Part shown: positions 8,952-20,623 of the stretch, one piece after another
Layout: every line of letters starts with the position of its first letter
Position numbering within the stretch: position 1 is the first letter of the stretch
Source of the DNA: Fidelibacterota bacterium
Lineage (GTDB): Bacteria; Fidelibacterota; Fidelibacteria; Fidelibacterales; DSDE01
Length of the DNA: 64,000 nt
Direction of reading: 5' to 3'
Assembly: GCA_046735395.1 (NCBI GenBank)
Contig: JBJKQR010000062.1
Location: 32,001-96,000, forward strand
Notes under the pieces: generated by a model
Told to the model about the DNA's origin: nothing
What the model saw: the letters and a program-made list of their open reading frames with translations, nothing else
The model's database searches: none
Position numbers and translations under genes: made by a program

Positions 8952-10724
8952 ATGGCCAGACATCCCAAAGATTACAGTAGCCTCCGATTTTATTTTTTCA
9001 TTTTAGTGGATTTTCTTCTTTTCGGAATTCTGATCAGCCGGGTCTATACCCTGCAGATCGAACGTTTTTCGGATCTCAGCACAGAAGCCGTCAATAATAT
9101 GTACCGTGAATATGATATTCAGGCTCCGCGGGGTATCATCTACGACCGCTACGAACATCCTGTCGTCTACAACACCATTAACTATGATCTCGCCGTATAT
9201 CCCCTCGATTTCACCCTGAATCCTGAAAACTGGAAACGGCTGGCCGATATTACAGGTATTGACGTCAAAACGCTGCAATACCGTGAAAAGAAGAATTATC
9301 TCTCTCCTTATACTCCGGTCAAGATCTTATCCAGCATCGATTTTACACTCCTGAGCCGAATCCAGGAACACCTGACCGATATTCCCGGAATTCTTCTGGT
9401 ATCGAAACCTGTCCGGAACGTGGCAGATGGAGCGACCGCGGCTCACCTGCTCGGATACACCAATGAAATAAACCAGTCCAGCATGGAAAAATTCGCCCGT
9501 TATGGATACAAGTCCGGAGACATCATCGGCATCAAGGGCATCGAGCGAAGTTATGAAAATATTCTGAAGGGCCGGAAAGGCGAACGTTTCATCCGCGTCA
9601 ACGCCCTGGGGAAGGATTTCGGTGAAGACTTCAGCAAGACCATCGAACCGCTGCGCGGCAATGACCTTTACCTGACCATCGACTGGAAGCTGCAAACCTA
9701 TGTTGAATCCCTTTTCAGGGATATTTCAGGCTGCGCCATCACCCTGAATTACAAAACCGGAGAAATCCTGGCTTTTGTATCCAAACCGGATTACGATACG
9801 GACATATTCAGCGGTGTTCTACGGGAAGAGGACTGGGAAAGTATTTCTACGGATACCTTAAAACCCTTATTCAATCGTCTGGTTCAGGCCCAGTATCCGC
9901 CGGGATCCGTATTTAAGATTATCAGCGCCATTGCCGGGCTTGAGGAAGGCCTGATCACACCCGATATGACCTTTCATTGCAGCGGCTACTATCGTCTGGG
10001 GCACCGCGCATTCAAATGCTGGAAAGGGGACGGCCACGGAGATGTGAATGTCGTCCAGGCCCTCGAAGGTTCCTGTAATATTTTCTTCTACAATCTGATT
10101 CAGAAAATCGGCCTGGAAACCTGGCTCAAATATGCCGAGATGTTCGGGTTCGGCCAGCTCAGCGGCATTGATATTCCGGAAGAGAGTCCGGGCCTGCTTC
10201 CGGATCGGAATTACATGAATGCCCGCTACGGAAAATCGGGCTGGGGAACGGGTAATCTGTTGAACCTCAGTATCGGGCAGGGAGAAATACTGGTGACACC
10301 TGTTCAGCTTGCCACCTATATTTCCGCCATTGCCGGAGCCGGTTCATATATTCGCCCGCATCTTGTCCAGGCCTACTGGGATCAGGAAAAAAGCAAACTG
10401 GTTCATCTCGATGTGGTGCAAAAGAATCTTCCCGACATCAGTGAATCAACCTGGGCCATCATCCACCAGGGAATGCACGATGTGGTACAGGGAAAAAACG
10501 GTACGGCAAAGGCAGCCAATATTCCAGGCATGAATATTCATGGAAAAACGGGGACAGCACAGAATCCCCACGGAAAAAGCCATGCATGGTTCATCGGATT
10601 TTCGAAGGCGCCGGCCTATCCGGTCGCCCAGGTGGTATTTGTCGAGTATGGCGGATCCGGCAGCGGTGCCGCGGCTCCCCTGGCCCGGGAAATATTTGAA
10701 TATTACCGAAAACAGCACGATTAA
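8952..10724 (+). CDS. mrdA: Penicillin-binding protein 2
   Basis: APRGIIYDR; SxxK (PGSVFK), SxN (SCN) and KTG (GKTGTAQ) motifs. Confidence 0.96.
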   Translation: MARHPKDYSSLRFYFFILVDFLLFGILISRVYTLQIERFSDLSTEAVNNMYREYDIQAPRGIIYDRYEHPVVYNTINYDLAVYPLDFTLNPENWKRLADITGIDVKTLQYREKKNYLSPYTPVKILSSIDFTLLSRIQEHLTDIPGILLVSKPVRNVADGATAAHLLGYTNEINQSSMEKFARYGYKSGDIIGIKGIERSYENILKGRKGERFIRVNALGKDFGEDFSKTIEPLRGNDLYLTIDWKLQTYVESLFRDISGCAITLNYKTGEILAFVSKPDYDTDIFSGVLREEDWESISTDTLKPLFNRLVQAQYPPGSVFKIISAIAGLEEGLITPDMTFHCSGYYRLGHRAFKCWKGDGHGDVNVVQALEGSCNIFFYNLIQKIGLETWLKYAEMFGFGQLSGIDIPEESPGLLPDRNYMNARYGKSGWGTGNLLNLSIGQGEILVTPVQLATYISAIAGAGSYIRPHLVQAYWDQEKSKLVHLDVVQKNLPDISESTWAIIHQGMHDVVQGKNGTAKAANIPGMNIHGKTGTAQNPHGKSHAWFIGFSKAPAYPVAQVVFVEYGGSGSGAAAPLAREIFEYYRKQHD

Positions 10725-10756
10725 GAAACCGTCCTTGTGCAGGGAAAGCGACCATC

Positions 10757-12016
10757 ATGTTTTACAAAAATAAAATAATCAGCAACAAACTGGGGGATCT
10801 GGATATCATTTCCCTCTTTCTGGTCCTGATCCTGACGGCCATCGGGCTGACAGGAATTTTCAGCGCCACCAGCTATGTGGACTCCCAGATTCGCGTTTCC
10901 CATCCCTTCATCAAGCAGGTTATTACCCTGGGAATCGCTCTGGTCTTCTTTTTCGTTCTCTTTTCCATCAGAAAGAGCTTCCTGAAAAACATAGCTCTGA
11001 CCCTCTACATCATCGGCCTTCTGCTGGTCATCGCAACCTTTTTTATTTCGAACGATGCCACCAACACAAACCGCTGGCTTGATCTGGGCTTTTTCCGTTT
11101 CCAGCCCTCGGAATTCATGAAATTCTTTCTCATCATCATTCTGGCAAAATTCTTTTCCGATACGAAAATTCCCCGCAATTCCCTTTATTATACGCTGGTT
11201 CCCCTGGGCCTCACACTCCTTCCCACTTTTTTTGTATTTCTGCAGCCGGATCTGGGAACATCCCTGGTTTATATCGCGATTTTCGCCGGAATTCTCTTTG
11301 CCAGCGGCACCCGGCTCTATCATATTTTCCTCATTACCGCGCCCATCGTCACCATTCTTGCGGCCTTCAATATCACCACATTTTTCATCTGGGGCATCAT
11401 TACCGGAATCATCGTTTTATTCAATAATGAAAATATCTGGAAAATGGTTCTCGTTTTCGTGGGCAATATTACCGTAGGCCTCGTCACACCCATTGTATGG
11501 AATGGCCTCAAATCCTACCAGAAACAGCGAATCATGACACTGTTCAATTCCAGTCTGGATCCTCAGGGTGCCGGATATCAGGTTCTCCAGTCTCAGATTG
11601 CCATCGGCTCCGGAGGACTCCGGGGCAAAGGTTTCATGAACGGCACCCAGACCCATCTCCGTTTCCTGCCGGAACAGCATACGGACTTTATTTTCTCTGT
11701 GATCGCCGAGGAATTCGGATTTGTCATGGTCGCCGTCATTTTCTTCATCTTTCTCTTCCTCTTCATCAAATGGCAGCGCATGGCCTTTTCCGTGCGGGAC
11801 CGTTTCGGAGCCACGCTCATCATCGGCGCCTCCACTGCCCTCCTCTTTCACGTCTTCATCAATGTGGGCATGACCATCGGCATCATGCCGGTCACCGGCA
11901 AGCCACTGCCCTTTATCAGCTATGGCGGATCCTTTCTGCTCACCTGTTACGGCCTGCTCGCTCTCATCCTCAACGGCAATACGGAACAAATACCTCAAAA
12001 AGATTTATATTCATAG
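10757..12016 (+). CDS. rodA: Rod shape-determining protein RodA (SEDS family)
   Basis: FQPSEF, QPDLGT, GYQ..QSQIAIGSGG, PEQHTDFIF, LPFISYGGS. Confidence 0.96.
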   Translation: MFYKNKIISNKLGDLDIISLFLVLILTAIGLTGIFSATSYVDSQIRVSHPFIKQVITLGIALVFFFVLFSIRKSFLKNIALTLYIIGLLLVIATFFISNDATNTNRWLDLGFFRFQPSEFMKFFLIIILAKFFSDTKIPRNSLYYTLVPLGLTLLPTFFVFLQPDLGTSLVYIAIFAGILFASGTRLYHIFLITAPIVTILAAFNITTFFIWGIITGIIVLFNNENIWKMVLVFVGNITVGLVTPIVWNGLKSYQKQRIMTLFNSSLDPQGAGYQVLQSQIAIGSGGLRGKGFMNGTQTHLRFLPEQHTDFIFSVIAEEFGFVMVAVIFFIFLFLFIKWQRMAFSVRDRFGATLIIGASTALLFHVFINVGMTIGIMPVTGKPLPFISYGGSFLLTCYGLLALILNGNTEQIPQKDLYS

Positions 12017-12037
12017 AAAGCCTGTCTAAATTTAGCG

Positions 12038-12484
12038 ATGGAAAAATTGATTGTAAAAAACCGCAAGGCCTTCCATGAGTACGCCATGCTGGAAACATTT
12101 GAAGCCGGTCTCAGCCTGCTGGGAACAGAAGTGAAGGCGATCCGGGAAGTAAAGGTAAATTTAGTGGACAGCTACTGCCGCATCGAGGATAATGAGGTTT
12201 TTCTCGTGGATGCCCACATTTCCCAGTACAGCCACCATGGCTACAGCCCACATGATCCGCGGCGTGAACGAAAACTGCTGCTTCACCGGCAGGAAATCCG
12301 AAAAATAAAAAAAAAACTCGATACCCAGGGACTGACTCTCATTCCCATTCGGCTTTATTGGAAGAATAACCACATCAAGGCTGAAATCGCTCTGGCCAAG
12401 GGAAAAAAACTCCATGACAAACGGGAGGATCTGGCCAAAAAAGATGCCCAACGGCACATCGAACAGCAATTAAAACGGAGATAG
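12038..12484 (+). CDS. smpB: SsrA-binding protein
   Basis: NRKAFHEY, EAGLSLLGTEVK, RKLLLH, GKKLHDKR. Confidence 0.97.
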   Translation: MEKLIVKNRKAFHEYAMLETFEAGLSLLGTEVKAIREVKVNLVDSYCRIEDNEVFLVDAHISQYSHHGYSPHDPRRERKLLLHRQEIRKIKKKLDTQGLTLIPIRLYWKNNHIKAEIALAKGKKLHDKREDLAKKDAQRHIEQQLKRR

Positions 12485-12490
12485 GAACTG

Positions 12491-13705
12491 ATGACGACAT
12501 TCGCCCCCATCAATGAACAGATGGATCTCATCCGGAAAGGGTGTGAAGAAATAACCCCCGAAGAGGAACTGGTAAAGAAGCTGGAATTTTCTAAAAAAAG
12601 CGGAAAGCCGCTGCGCATAAAGCTGGGCGCTGATCCCAGCCGTCCCGACCTCCACCTGGGACATGCGGTGGTGCTGAACAAGCTGCGGACCTTCCAGGAT
12701 CTGGGCCATACAGCAGTACTCATCATCGGGGATTTCACGGCGATGATCGGTGATCCCACCGGCCGGAACAAAACCCGTCCCTCCCTCACTCTGGAGGACA
12801 CACGGGCCAATGCCGCCAGCTATTTTGACCAGGCCGGCATCATCCTGCAGAATGATCGTCTGGAAATTCATTATAATTCTGAGTGGCTGGATAAAATGTC
12901 CTTCAGTGACGTCATATCACTGGCCGCCCGCTATACGGTGGCACGCATGCTGGAGCGGGATGATTTCTCGAACCGCTATAAAAACGGCCAGCCTATTTCG
13001 GTTCATGAACTGCTCTACCCTCTTGCTCAGGCTTACGACTCCGTGGCCATCAAGGCGGATGTGGAACTGGGCGGTACGGACCAGAAATTCAATCTACTGG
13101 TCGGCCGGGATATTCAGCGTGAATTCGGCCTGGAACCCCAGGTTATTCTCACCATGCCCATTCTTGAGGGCCTGGACGGCGTGGAAAAAATGTCCAAATC
13201 ACTGGACAATTATATCGGCATTACGGAGAGTGCAGCCGATATGTACGGGAAGACCCTGAGCATTTCCGATGATCTCATTATGCGCTACTTCACGCTGACC
13301 ACGGATCTGACACCTGAAGACCTGAATAAAATTCAGTCTCGTCTCAACTCCGGTGAAAATCCCCGGGATATCAAGCATGACCTGGCCTGGCATATAGCCC
13401 GGCGCTACCACGATGCAGCGGCAGCCGACGCTGCCAGGGCCCATTTTGAACAGGTTTTCGTCAACAAGGGGATCCCGGATGATATTGAAGAATTTACAAT
13501 TCCTGAGAACCCATATTTTATTTCTAAGGTTTTATTTGAAAGTGGTTCCGTGGCTAGTGCAAGTGAAGCAAAACGTCTTTTAAAACAGGGGGCCATTTCA
13601 ATAGATGGTGAAAAAGTCAACTCCGATGCAGGAGCAATCAACTTTTCAGATGGAAATATAATCAAAGCAGGAAAACGGAAATTTCTGAAAATCCGCATAA
13701 ACTGA
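12491..13705 (+). CDS. tyrS: Tyrosine--tRNA ligase
   Basis: HLGH and KMSKS motifs, GGTDQKFN, C-terminal S4 domain. Confidence 0.97.
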   Translation: MTTFAPINEQMDLIRKGCEEITPEEELVKKLEFSKKSGKPLRIKLGADPSRPDLHLGHAVVLNKLRTFQDLGHTAVLIIGDFTAMIGDPTGRNKTRPSLTLEDTRANAASYFDQAGIILQNDRLEIHYNSEWLDKMSFSDVISLAARYTVARMLERDDFSNRYKNGQPISVHELLYPLAQAYDSVAIKADVELGGTDQKFNLLVGRDIQREFGLEPQVILTMPILEGLDGVEKMSKSLDNYIGITESAADMYGKTLSISDDLIMRYFTLTTDLTPEDLNKIQSRLNSGENPRDIKHDLAWHIARRYHDAAAADAARAHFEQVFVNKGIPDDIEEFTIPENPYFISKVLFESGSVASASEAKRLLKQGAISIDGEKVNSDAGAINFSDGNIIKAGKRKFLKIRIN

Positions 13706-13726
13706 AAAACTGGGGTTTTCGCTGAT

Positions 13727-14830
13727 ATGCTGAAAATCCTGTATATTTCTCCGGAAAATACCGTCGGTACACTGAATCTGTGGAAGTCCTACCATGAATC
13801 ACGTGGAAATATCTGCCGCACCGTGACATTCTATCCTTCATCAGCCGGGTATCCGGAAGACATCTGCCTGCATCTGCCACTGATCAGCACTGGTAAAGGA
13901 TACCGCAGCTTCCGGCATCGCCTCCAGAAGCGATGGTACGGACAGGATCCTCAGACAGCAAAAGCCGGAAAGCCCCCCGTCTGGACTCCTTCGGGAACTG
14001 CTGAAGCGCTGTGGTTTCGAGTCCGTGACTTTATCTGGTCCTTCAGTGTGGAACAGGCAATTGAGCGTTACCATCTCGATGAATTTGACATTTACCATTT
14101 CGAATGGGGCCTGGACTTCTATCGCGACTGCCGTTTTGCCGCCCGGATGAAGGAAGCGGGGAAAACCATCATCAATACCTATCATGGCCAGGATATGCGA
14201 AATCGCGGCGTCCTGCCGGTCATGGACGAGCTTGCAGACCTGAGACTCAGTTCAGAGCTTGATCTGCTGGATCTGCATCCCAAGCTGAAATATCTCTTCC
14301 TTCCCTTTCGAACCGCTGCCTTTTCCCATCCGGACAAGGCGGTTCACAAGCCCCTGAAAGTCTGTCATGCCACGACCAACCGCTATTTCAAAGGTTCCGA
14401 TCATATCATCAGAGTTTGCAGGGAACTCGAAGCAGACGGTCTGATTGAATTTGTATTAATCGAGAATCGTCCTCACGAAGAGGCGCTTGAACTGAAATCA
14501 GGCTGTGATGTAAATATTGACCAGCTGACCGATCTGGGAGGCTGGGGCTATGGCATGAATTCGGTGGAAAGCCTCAGTATGGGCATCTGTACTCTGGCCT
14601 TCCTCAATCCCACCTATGAAAAATTTATCCCGGACCACCCTTTCGTAAATACCCACCCGGAAACTCTGAGAGATAATCTGCTGCAGCTGATAAAAGATCC
14701 GGATTCTGTGGCGGAAAGAGGGCGCAGCGGACGGGAATGGGTGCGCACGCATCATGACATCTCAGCGGTGGGAAAGCAGCTCTATGCCTATTATGAGGAT
14801 TTGAGAGGAGATGGCCGCCTTGTCTCCTGA
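13727..14830 (+). CDS. Glycosyltransferase, GT-B/GT4-like
   Basis: HATTNRYFKGS, IDQL..GGWGYGMNSVESLSMG, GREWVRTHHD pattern of GT4-like C-terminal domains. Confidence 0.75.
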   Translation: MLKILYISPENTVGTLNLWKSYHESRGNICRTVTFYPSSAGYPEDICLHLPLISTGKGYRSFRHRLQKRWYGQDPQTAKAGKPPVWTPSGTAEALWFRVRDFIWSFSVEQAIERYHLDEFDIYHFEWGLDFYRDCRFAARMKEAGKTIINTYHGQDMRNRGVLPVMDELADLRLSSELDLLDLHPKLKYLFLPFRTAAFSHPDKAVHKPLKVCHATTNRYFKGSDHIIRVCRELEADGLIEFVLIENRPHEEALELKSGCDVNIDQLTDLGGWGYGMNSVESLSMGICTLAFLNPTYEKFIPDHPFVNTHPETLRDNLLQLIKDPDSVAERGRSGREWVRTHHDISAVGKQLYAYYEDLRGDGRLVS

Positions 14831-15731
14831 ATCTTTTTTTATCCCGATTTCCATTATTATCCCCAGTTATCAGCGACGGGAGTTGCTTGAACAAACTTTG
14901 AATTCCGTAATGGCGGCAGATTATCCCGTGGCGAAGCGACAGATCATCATCGTGGACGATGGCAGCAGTGACGGCACCGAAGAATACTGCCGGAGTCTGT
15001 CCGGCATTGATTATATCCGCCATGATCAGAACCGGGGACGGGCGGAAACCCGGAATTCAGGACTTCGGGCAGCTGCCGGAAGAATCTGTTTTTTCCTGGA
15101 TGATGACCAGGTCATTCCCGCTCATTTTTTCACAGCGCATCTCGAACGCTATCATCGGTTTCCGGACTGTGTCGGCACCGTCGGCCAATACCGGACGCCT
15201 GAAAAGGATCAGCACGTCTGGGGGAAATATCTGGAAAGCCGCGGAGCCATCAAGCTTCCGCCGGACACAGCTCTGCCTGCCAAGTATTTTCAGGGCGGAA
15301 ACATCAGCATCCGCTCTGATATTCTGTCAAAAATCGGAGGATTTGATCCGCTTTTTGACAGCTATGGCGGCGAAGACAGCGATATGGGGCAACGGCTCTC
15401 GGAGTATGGCCCCATCTATTTTACGGCTCATGGATACAGCTACCACCACGGAATCCCTTCTCTGTCCCATCAGCTGGACCGTCTGGAGGACTTCGGCAGG
15501 AAATCCCTGAAGGATCTCCTTGCCAAGCATCCCGATCTGGAAAGCACCTACAATATCAGATATTTCAAATTCCCGTGGAATATGGCCTGGTCCCCCCTTC
15601 TCTATCGGCTGGCCCTTGCCTGCTACAGGCGGGTACCCCGGTCCGCAGCCTTCACGATGTTATCCTATCTGCAGGCATACAGGGTATATCGCGGATACAG
15701 GTATAAGGCCACGCATCCCGGAAGCTCGTAA
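14811..15731 (+). CDS. Glycosyltransferase family 2
   Basis: ISIIIPSY, IVDDGSSDGT, NRGRAETRNSG, FLDDD, GGFD..F..YGGEDSD. Confidence 0.93.
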   Translation: MAALSPESFFIPISIIIPSYQRRELLEQTLNSVMAADYPVAKRQIIIVDDGSSDGTEEYCRSLSGIDYIRHDQNRGRAETRNSGLRAAAGRICFFLDDDQVIPAHFFTAHLERYHRFPDCVGTVGQYRTPEKDQHVWGKYLESRGAIKLPPDTALPAKYFQGGNISIRSDILSKIGGFDPLFDSYGGEDSDMGQRLSEYGPIYFTAHGYSYHHGIPSLSHQLDRLEDFGRKSLKDLLAKHPDLESTYNIRYFKFPWNMAWSPLLYRLALACYRRVPRSAAFTMLSYLQAYRVYRGYRYKATHPGSS

Positions 15732-15842
15732 TCCGAACGGTTTATTCAGACAATTCGTAAATCAATTTCAATAGCATCATATCGATCGAATGGCGTTCTG
15801 ACCACTTCACTGTCTGACATTTGATCCTGAAAAATTCAGTGT

Positions 15843-15874
15843 AAAAAAAAAAGGCTCCGCAAGGGAGCCTTTTT
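15843..15874. terminator. Bidirectional intrinsic terminator between the GT2 gene and groEL
   Basis: AAAAAGGCTCC-GCAAG-GGAGCCTTTTT with a longer A run on the left. Confidence 0.85.
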
Positions 15875-15894
15875 CTATTATGAGAGTCAATATG

Positions 15895-17613
<1,719 letters not shown>

Positions 17614-17699
17614 TCAAAATTTCCTGTATCCTTTTCGGATGATTCATGTGCCGTGCTGCCGGAAAGTTACAGCGATTTGACAGGCCATTTTTCCGCATC

Positions 17700-17726
17700 T
17701 TAGCACTCTCCTCATCTGAGTGCTAA
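17700..17726. promoter_or_regulatory. CIRCE element (HrcA operator)
   Basis: Exact TTAGCACTC-N9-GAGTGCTAA upstream of groEL. Confidence 0.97.
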
Positions 17727-17754
17727 TTTTAAGGAGATTTACCAATTATTTCAA
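17726..17754 (-). promoter_or_regulatory. Sigma70-type promoter of groEL
   Basis: Minus strand TTGAAA-17 bp-TAAAAT abutting the CIRCE. Confidence 0.8.
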
Positions 17755-17823
17755 CAGATTTTCTCCTCCTGAAAATCCGAAATTCAGTAAATGCCCATCC
17801 GGATCTATAAATAATTCAGATAA

Positions 17824-18891
17824 TTAAAAAGGCGGCTCATTCTGTGTTTCGCGGCCGGTCCCCAGGCTGTCCCCATTCTCGAAGTACAGGCTATCCGGCT
17901 GACGCAGGCTGTCCTGAAGACCCAGGCTGTCCGGCAGAACTTCCGGAACAGGCGGGTCACTGTAATGAAAATCACGGTTGAATTTTTCCGGATAATAATA
18001 ATCGAGAGAATCAGCGGTTTCCGAATTCTGACGCAGCCAGGCCGTGATATGAATTCCGTCTTCGGCGGAAATCATTTTATACAGGTTGCCTGCTCCATCC
18101 ACGTAAAATTCCCGGATTATCTCCGACCAGGCCAGGCGGGGAATATGGAAACGTGCCTGCACGCCCTGAGCTTCATCAACCAGAAGGACAGATCTTTTTA
18201 CTCTCTGAGGATCATTTTCTGAATATTCCTCCACATACACAAAGAGCTGACCATCCGGGCTGAGGCCAACGAAGCGGCTCACCGCCAGCCGTTCAAAAGG
18301 CAGAATTTCCTCAGATCCATCCGGAAATTGCAGCTCACATTCCTGAAAACTTTTTCGAGTTACCCGGACTGTACTGCCATTCCCATCAACAGGAATTCCC
18401 TTGAAGAGCATATACCGTCCCTTTGCATTAATATCCGGGTTCAGCCAGGTACTGTAATTAATAATGGGAAGAACGCGCTTTTCTATCGGGTCCCAGCGCA
18501 TATCCGTAATGCGATGTCTCGGATTGCTCACCGTCATTTTATCTTCAATATTGCCATGGGTCAGTGTATAGATCACATTATCCTGCAGAAGATAAACCGA
18601 ATTATCATGGAGCAAAAAATCCTCTGCATTCGTCAGCGGAATATGCTGTGCATAATCAAACAGGCTGTCCTGATAAAATTTAAGGGCCTCGTTCACCCGG
18701 TCCAGAACAGCAATCCGATTTCCCTCCACGCTGAAAGCTGAGGGGCCGAGTACTGTCGCGGGAACCTCCCAGCGGGCAACATCACCCGGCCGATCGCCCC
18801 AGGGCAGGAACAGCAGATCCCGAAATTCATATTCAACTGCTGCCAGAGGCAGCGCTGCAATGAGCAACAATAGTAAGATTTTCTGTTTCAT
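17824..18891 (-). CDS. Secreted hypothetical protein, possible beta-propeller, with DSL-repeat tail
   Basis: Start reassigned to MKQKILLLLLIAALPLAA (signal peptide, RBS AGGAG); beta-rich with GPSAFSVE/VLDRVN. Confidence 0.75.
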   Translation of the reverse strand: MKQKILLLLLIAALPLAAVEYEFRDLLFLPWGDRPGDVARWEVPATVLGPSAFSVEGNRIAVLDRVNEALKFYQDSLFDYAQHIPLTNAEDFLLHDNSVYLLQDNVIYTLTHGNIEDKMTVSNPRHRITDMRWDPIEKRVLPIINYSTWLNPDINAKGRYMLFKGIPVDGNGSTVRVTRKSFQECELQFPDGSEEILPFERLAVSRFVGLSPDGQLFVYVEEYSENDPQRVKRSVLLVDEAQGVQARFHIPRLAWSEIIREFYVDGAGNLYKMISAEDGIHITAWLRQNSETADSLDYYYPEKFNRDFHYSDPPVPEVLPDSLGLQDSLRQPDSLYFENGDSLGTGRETQNEPPF

Positions 18892-19091
18892 TTGACTCCT
18901 TTGCAACCGATGTGTCCTGATGATCCGCCCCCCCTTTCCGGCCTGGGTTATAGCTGCCGGTTCCAGTCTGCCGTCCGTCAGAACCCGAATTTTCATTCCG
19001 TCGGAAAATACGCATTCAGAGTCAGATTTATTATAAAAAAAACCACCCAATCCGCCTGCTGCTCATCCTGACGAGGAAATATTACCAATAT

Positions 19092-19120
19092 AAAAAAGCC
19101 GGACAGGAATCCGGCTTTTT
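19092..19120. terminator. Intrinsic terminator of the kor/hydro-lyase operon
   Basis: AAAAAGCCGGA-CAGGAA-TCCGGCTTTTT. Confidence 0.8.
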
Positions 19121-19140
19121 CGGAAATAGCTATTCGAATA

Positions 19141-19722
19141 TTATTCCAGTCCGACCAGCTCTTTGTAAACCTTTTCCGAGCGGTCGCGGATATCCTTATG
19201 CAGACTGTTTCCATGTGAATCCATGGTTACAACTGCCTGAAAGTCCTTCACCTCAATGACCCACATCGCCTCCGGCACTCCGAATTCCTCCAGCTTGATA
19301 ACCTTGTGAACCCGGGTCACCGATTTAGCGAGAAGAGTCGCCGCACCCCCAATGGCATGCAGATACACGGCACCGTGCTCCTTCAGGGCCTGAAGGGTTT
19401 TTGCACCCATTCCCCCTTTTCCGATGGCAGCGCGAAGTCCGTATTCCTTGAGGACATCTCCCTGATAGGGTTCCTCTCGAATGGAGGTCGTCGGCCCGGC
19501 CGCAACAAAATGCCATTCTCCATCCTTTTTTTCAACGACAGGGCCACAATGATAAATCATGGAATCCTTGAGAATATCCCGAATTTCATCAGGCCGTTCC
19601 TCCACCATCCAGGCATGAGCCGCATCCCGGCCGGTTACCATGATTCCGCTGATAGCCACTTCATCACCGACTTTCAGCTCGCGAATGGCTTCTTCACTGA
19701 TCGGAAGCTGCAGCTTAATCAT
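19141..19722 (-). CDS. Fe-S hydro-lyase (class I fumarase/tartrate dehydratase) beta subunit
   Basis: GRDAAH, YHCGP, AGPTTSIR, GKGGMG, PEAMW, MDSHGNSLH. Confidence 0.92.
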   Translation of the reverse strand: MIKLQLPISEEAIRELKVGDEVAISGIMVTGRDAAHAWMVEERPDEIRDILKDSMIYHCGPVVEKKDGEWHFVAAGPTTSIREEPYQGDVLKEYGLRAAIGKGGMGAKTLQALKEHGAVYLHAIGGAATLLAKSVTRVHKVIKLEEFGVPEAMWVIEVKDFQAVVTMDSHGNSLHKDIRDRSEKVYKELVGLE

Positions 19723-20602
19723 ATATCACCTCCGATTCCTTAAACAGCATGGTATGACGTCTGTCAGCCCAGCACATGTAGGCCAGGCTCACGAAAAAGG
19801 ACGCAGGAAGACGGTGCAGCTTGCCGATTTTCACAGCGAGAGCAGTAGTCCTGCCGCCGAATCCCATGGGTCCGACACCCAACTTGTTCAGGTCTTCCAG
19901 AAGCCGTCCTTCCAGGCCGGCCAGATCCCGATCCGGATTTGTGTCATCCAGTTTCCGGAACAGCTGTTTCTTGGCCATGATCATGGAAGAGGCCCGGTCA
20001 CCACCGATACCGATTCCCATGATTCCCGGAGCACAGCCCTGACCCTGAGCATTGAATACGAGATCAACGATGCACTTGTACACACCGTCCAGATTCCGTC
20101 CGGCTTTCAGGCGCGTATCCGGCAGTTTATACTGACCGGAGACATTTTCCGATCCGCCGCCCTTCAGGGCAAGGCGCACCTGAATGGCATCCTCATCCCA
20201 TTCATCGAAATGGAAGTAGGGCGCCATGATTCCTGTATTGTCTCCGGAATTCTTCCCGGATACGCTGTCGACGGCATTGGGGCGCAGATAGGCCTTCGCC
20301 GTGGCCATGCGCGTGGCTTCCGCGATGGCCGCTTCCACCTTTCGCATGGATACGCCCACCGGTATGGTGATATAGTGGATATTGGTTCCCGTGTCCTGGC
20401 AGATAGGCGTACTGCCGTCACGTGCTTCGTTGATATTCCGCAGAATAGCACTGAGAACAGATTTGGCGGCAGATCCATCGTCTTCCGCATCCCGGGCCTT
20501 CTCAAGCACCCGGACAACATCGGGCGCCATATCGGTACTGGCACGGCGAATCAGCTCCAGCGTCGCATCGCGAAACTTGTCATGATTGAATTCAAAACTC
20601 AT
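19715..20602 (-). CDS. Fe-S hydro-lyase (class I fumarase/tartrate dehydratase) alpha subunit
   Basis: PICQDTG, LRPN, KGGGSEN, GCAP, GPMGFGG, MCWADR. Start chosen by a GGAG RBS (alternative 20620). Confidence 0.92.
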   Translation of the reverse strand: MSFEFNHDKFRDATLELIRRASTDMAPDVVRVLEKARDAEDDGSAAKSVLSAILRNINEARDGSTPICQDTGTNIHYITIPVGVSMRKVEAAIAEATRMATAKAYLRPNAVDSVSGKNSGDNTGIMAPYFHFDEWDEDAIQVRLALKGGGSENVSGQYKLPDTRLKAGRNLDGVYKCIVDLVFNAQGQGCAPGIMGIGIGGDRASSMIMAKKQLFRKLDDTNPDRDLAGLEGRLLEDLNKLGVGPMGFGGRTTALAVKIGKLHRLPASFFVSLAYMCWADRRHTMLFKESEVIYD

Positions 20603-20623
20603 AACTTCACTCCAATCCATTGA

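Noticed and set aside
12307..12316. A10 homopolymer in smpB as a phase-variation or frameshift site
   Set aside because: The frame is intact and encodes a Lys run in a conserved housekeeping gene.
12038..12490. tmRNA (ssrA) near smpB, and tRNAs in intergenic gaps
   Set aside because: No room beside smpB, and no tRNA-like ends or T-loop motifs seen in any intergenic region.
18892..19090. GC-rich leader with GAACCGGCAGCTA, faintly like the 3' part of a c-di-AMP riboswitch
   Set aside because: The 5' conserved elements and pairing were not found. An Rfam/Infernal scan would be needed.
19640..20623. Long antisense ORFs (also 22276-23202, 30072-30929, 41110-42093, 61947-62954)
   Set aside because: They lie opposite well-supported genes and are expected from codon bias.
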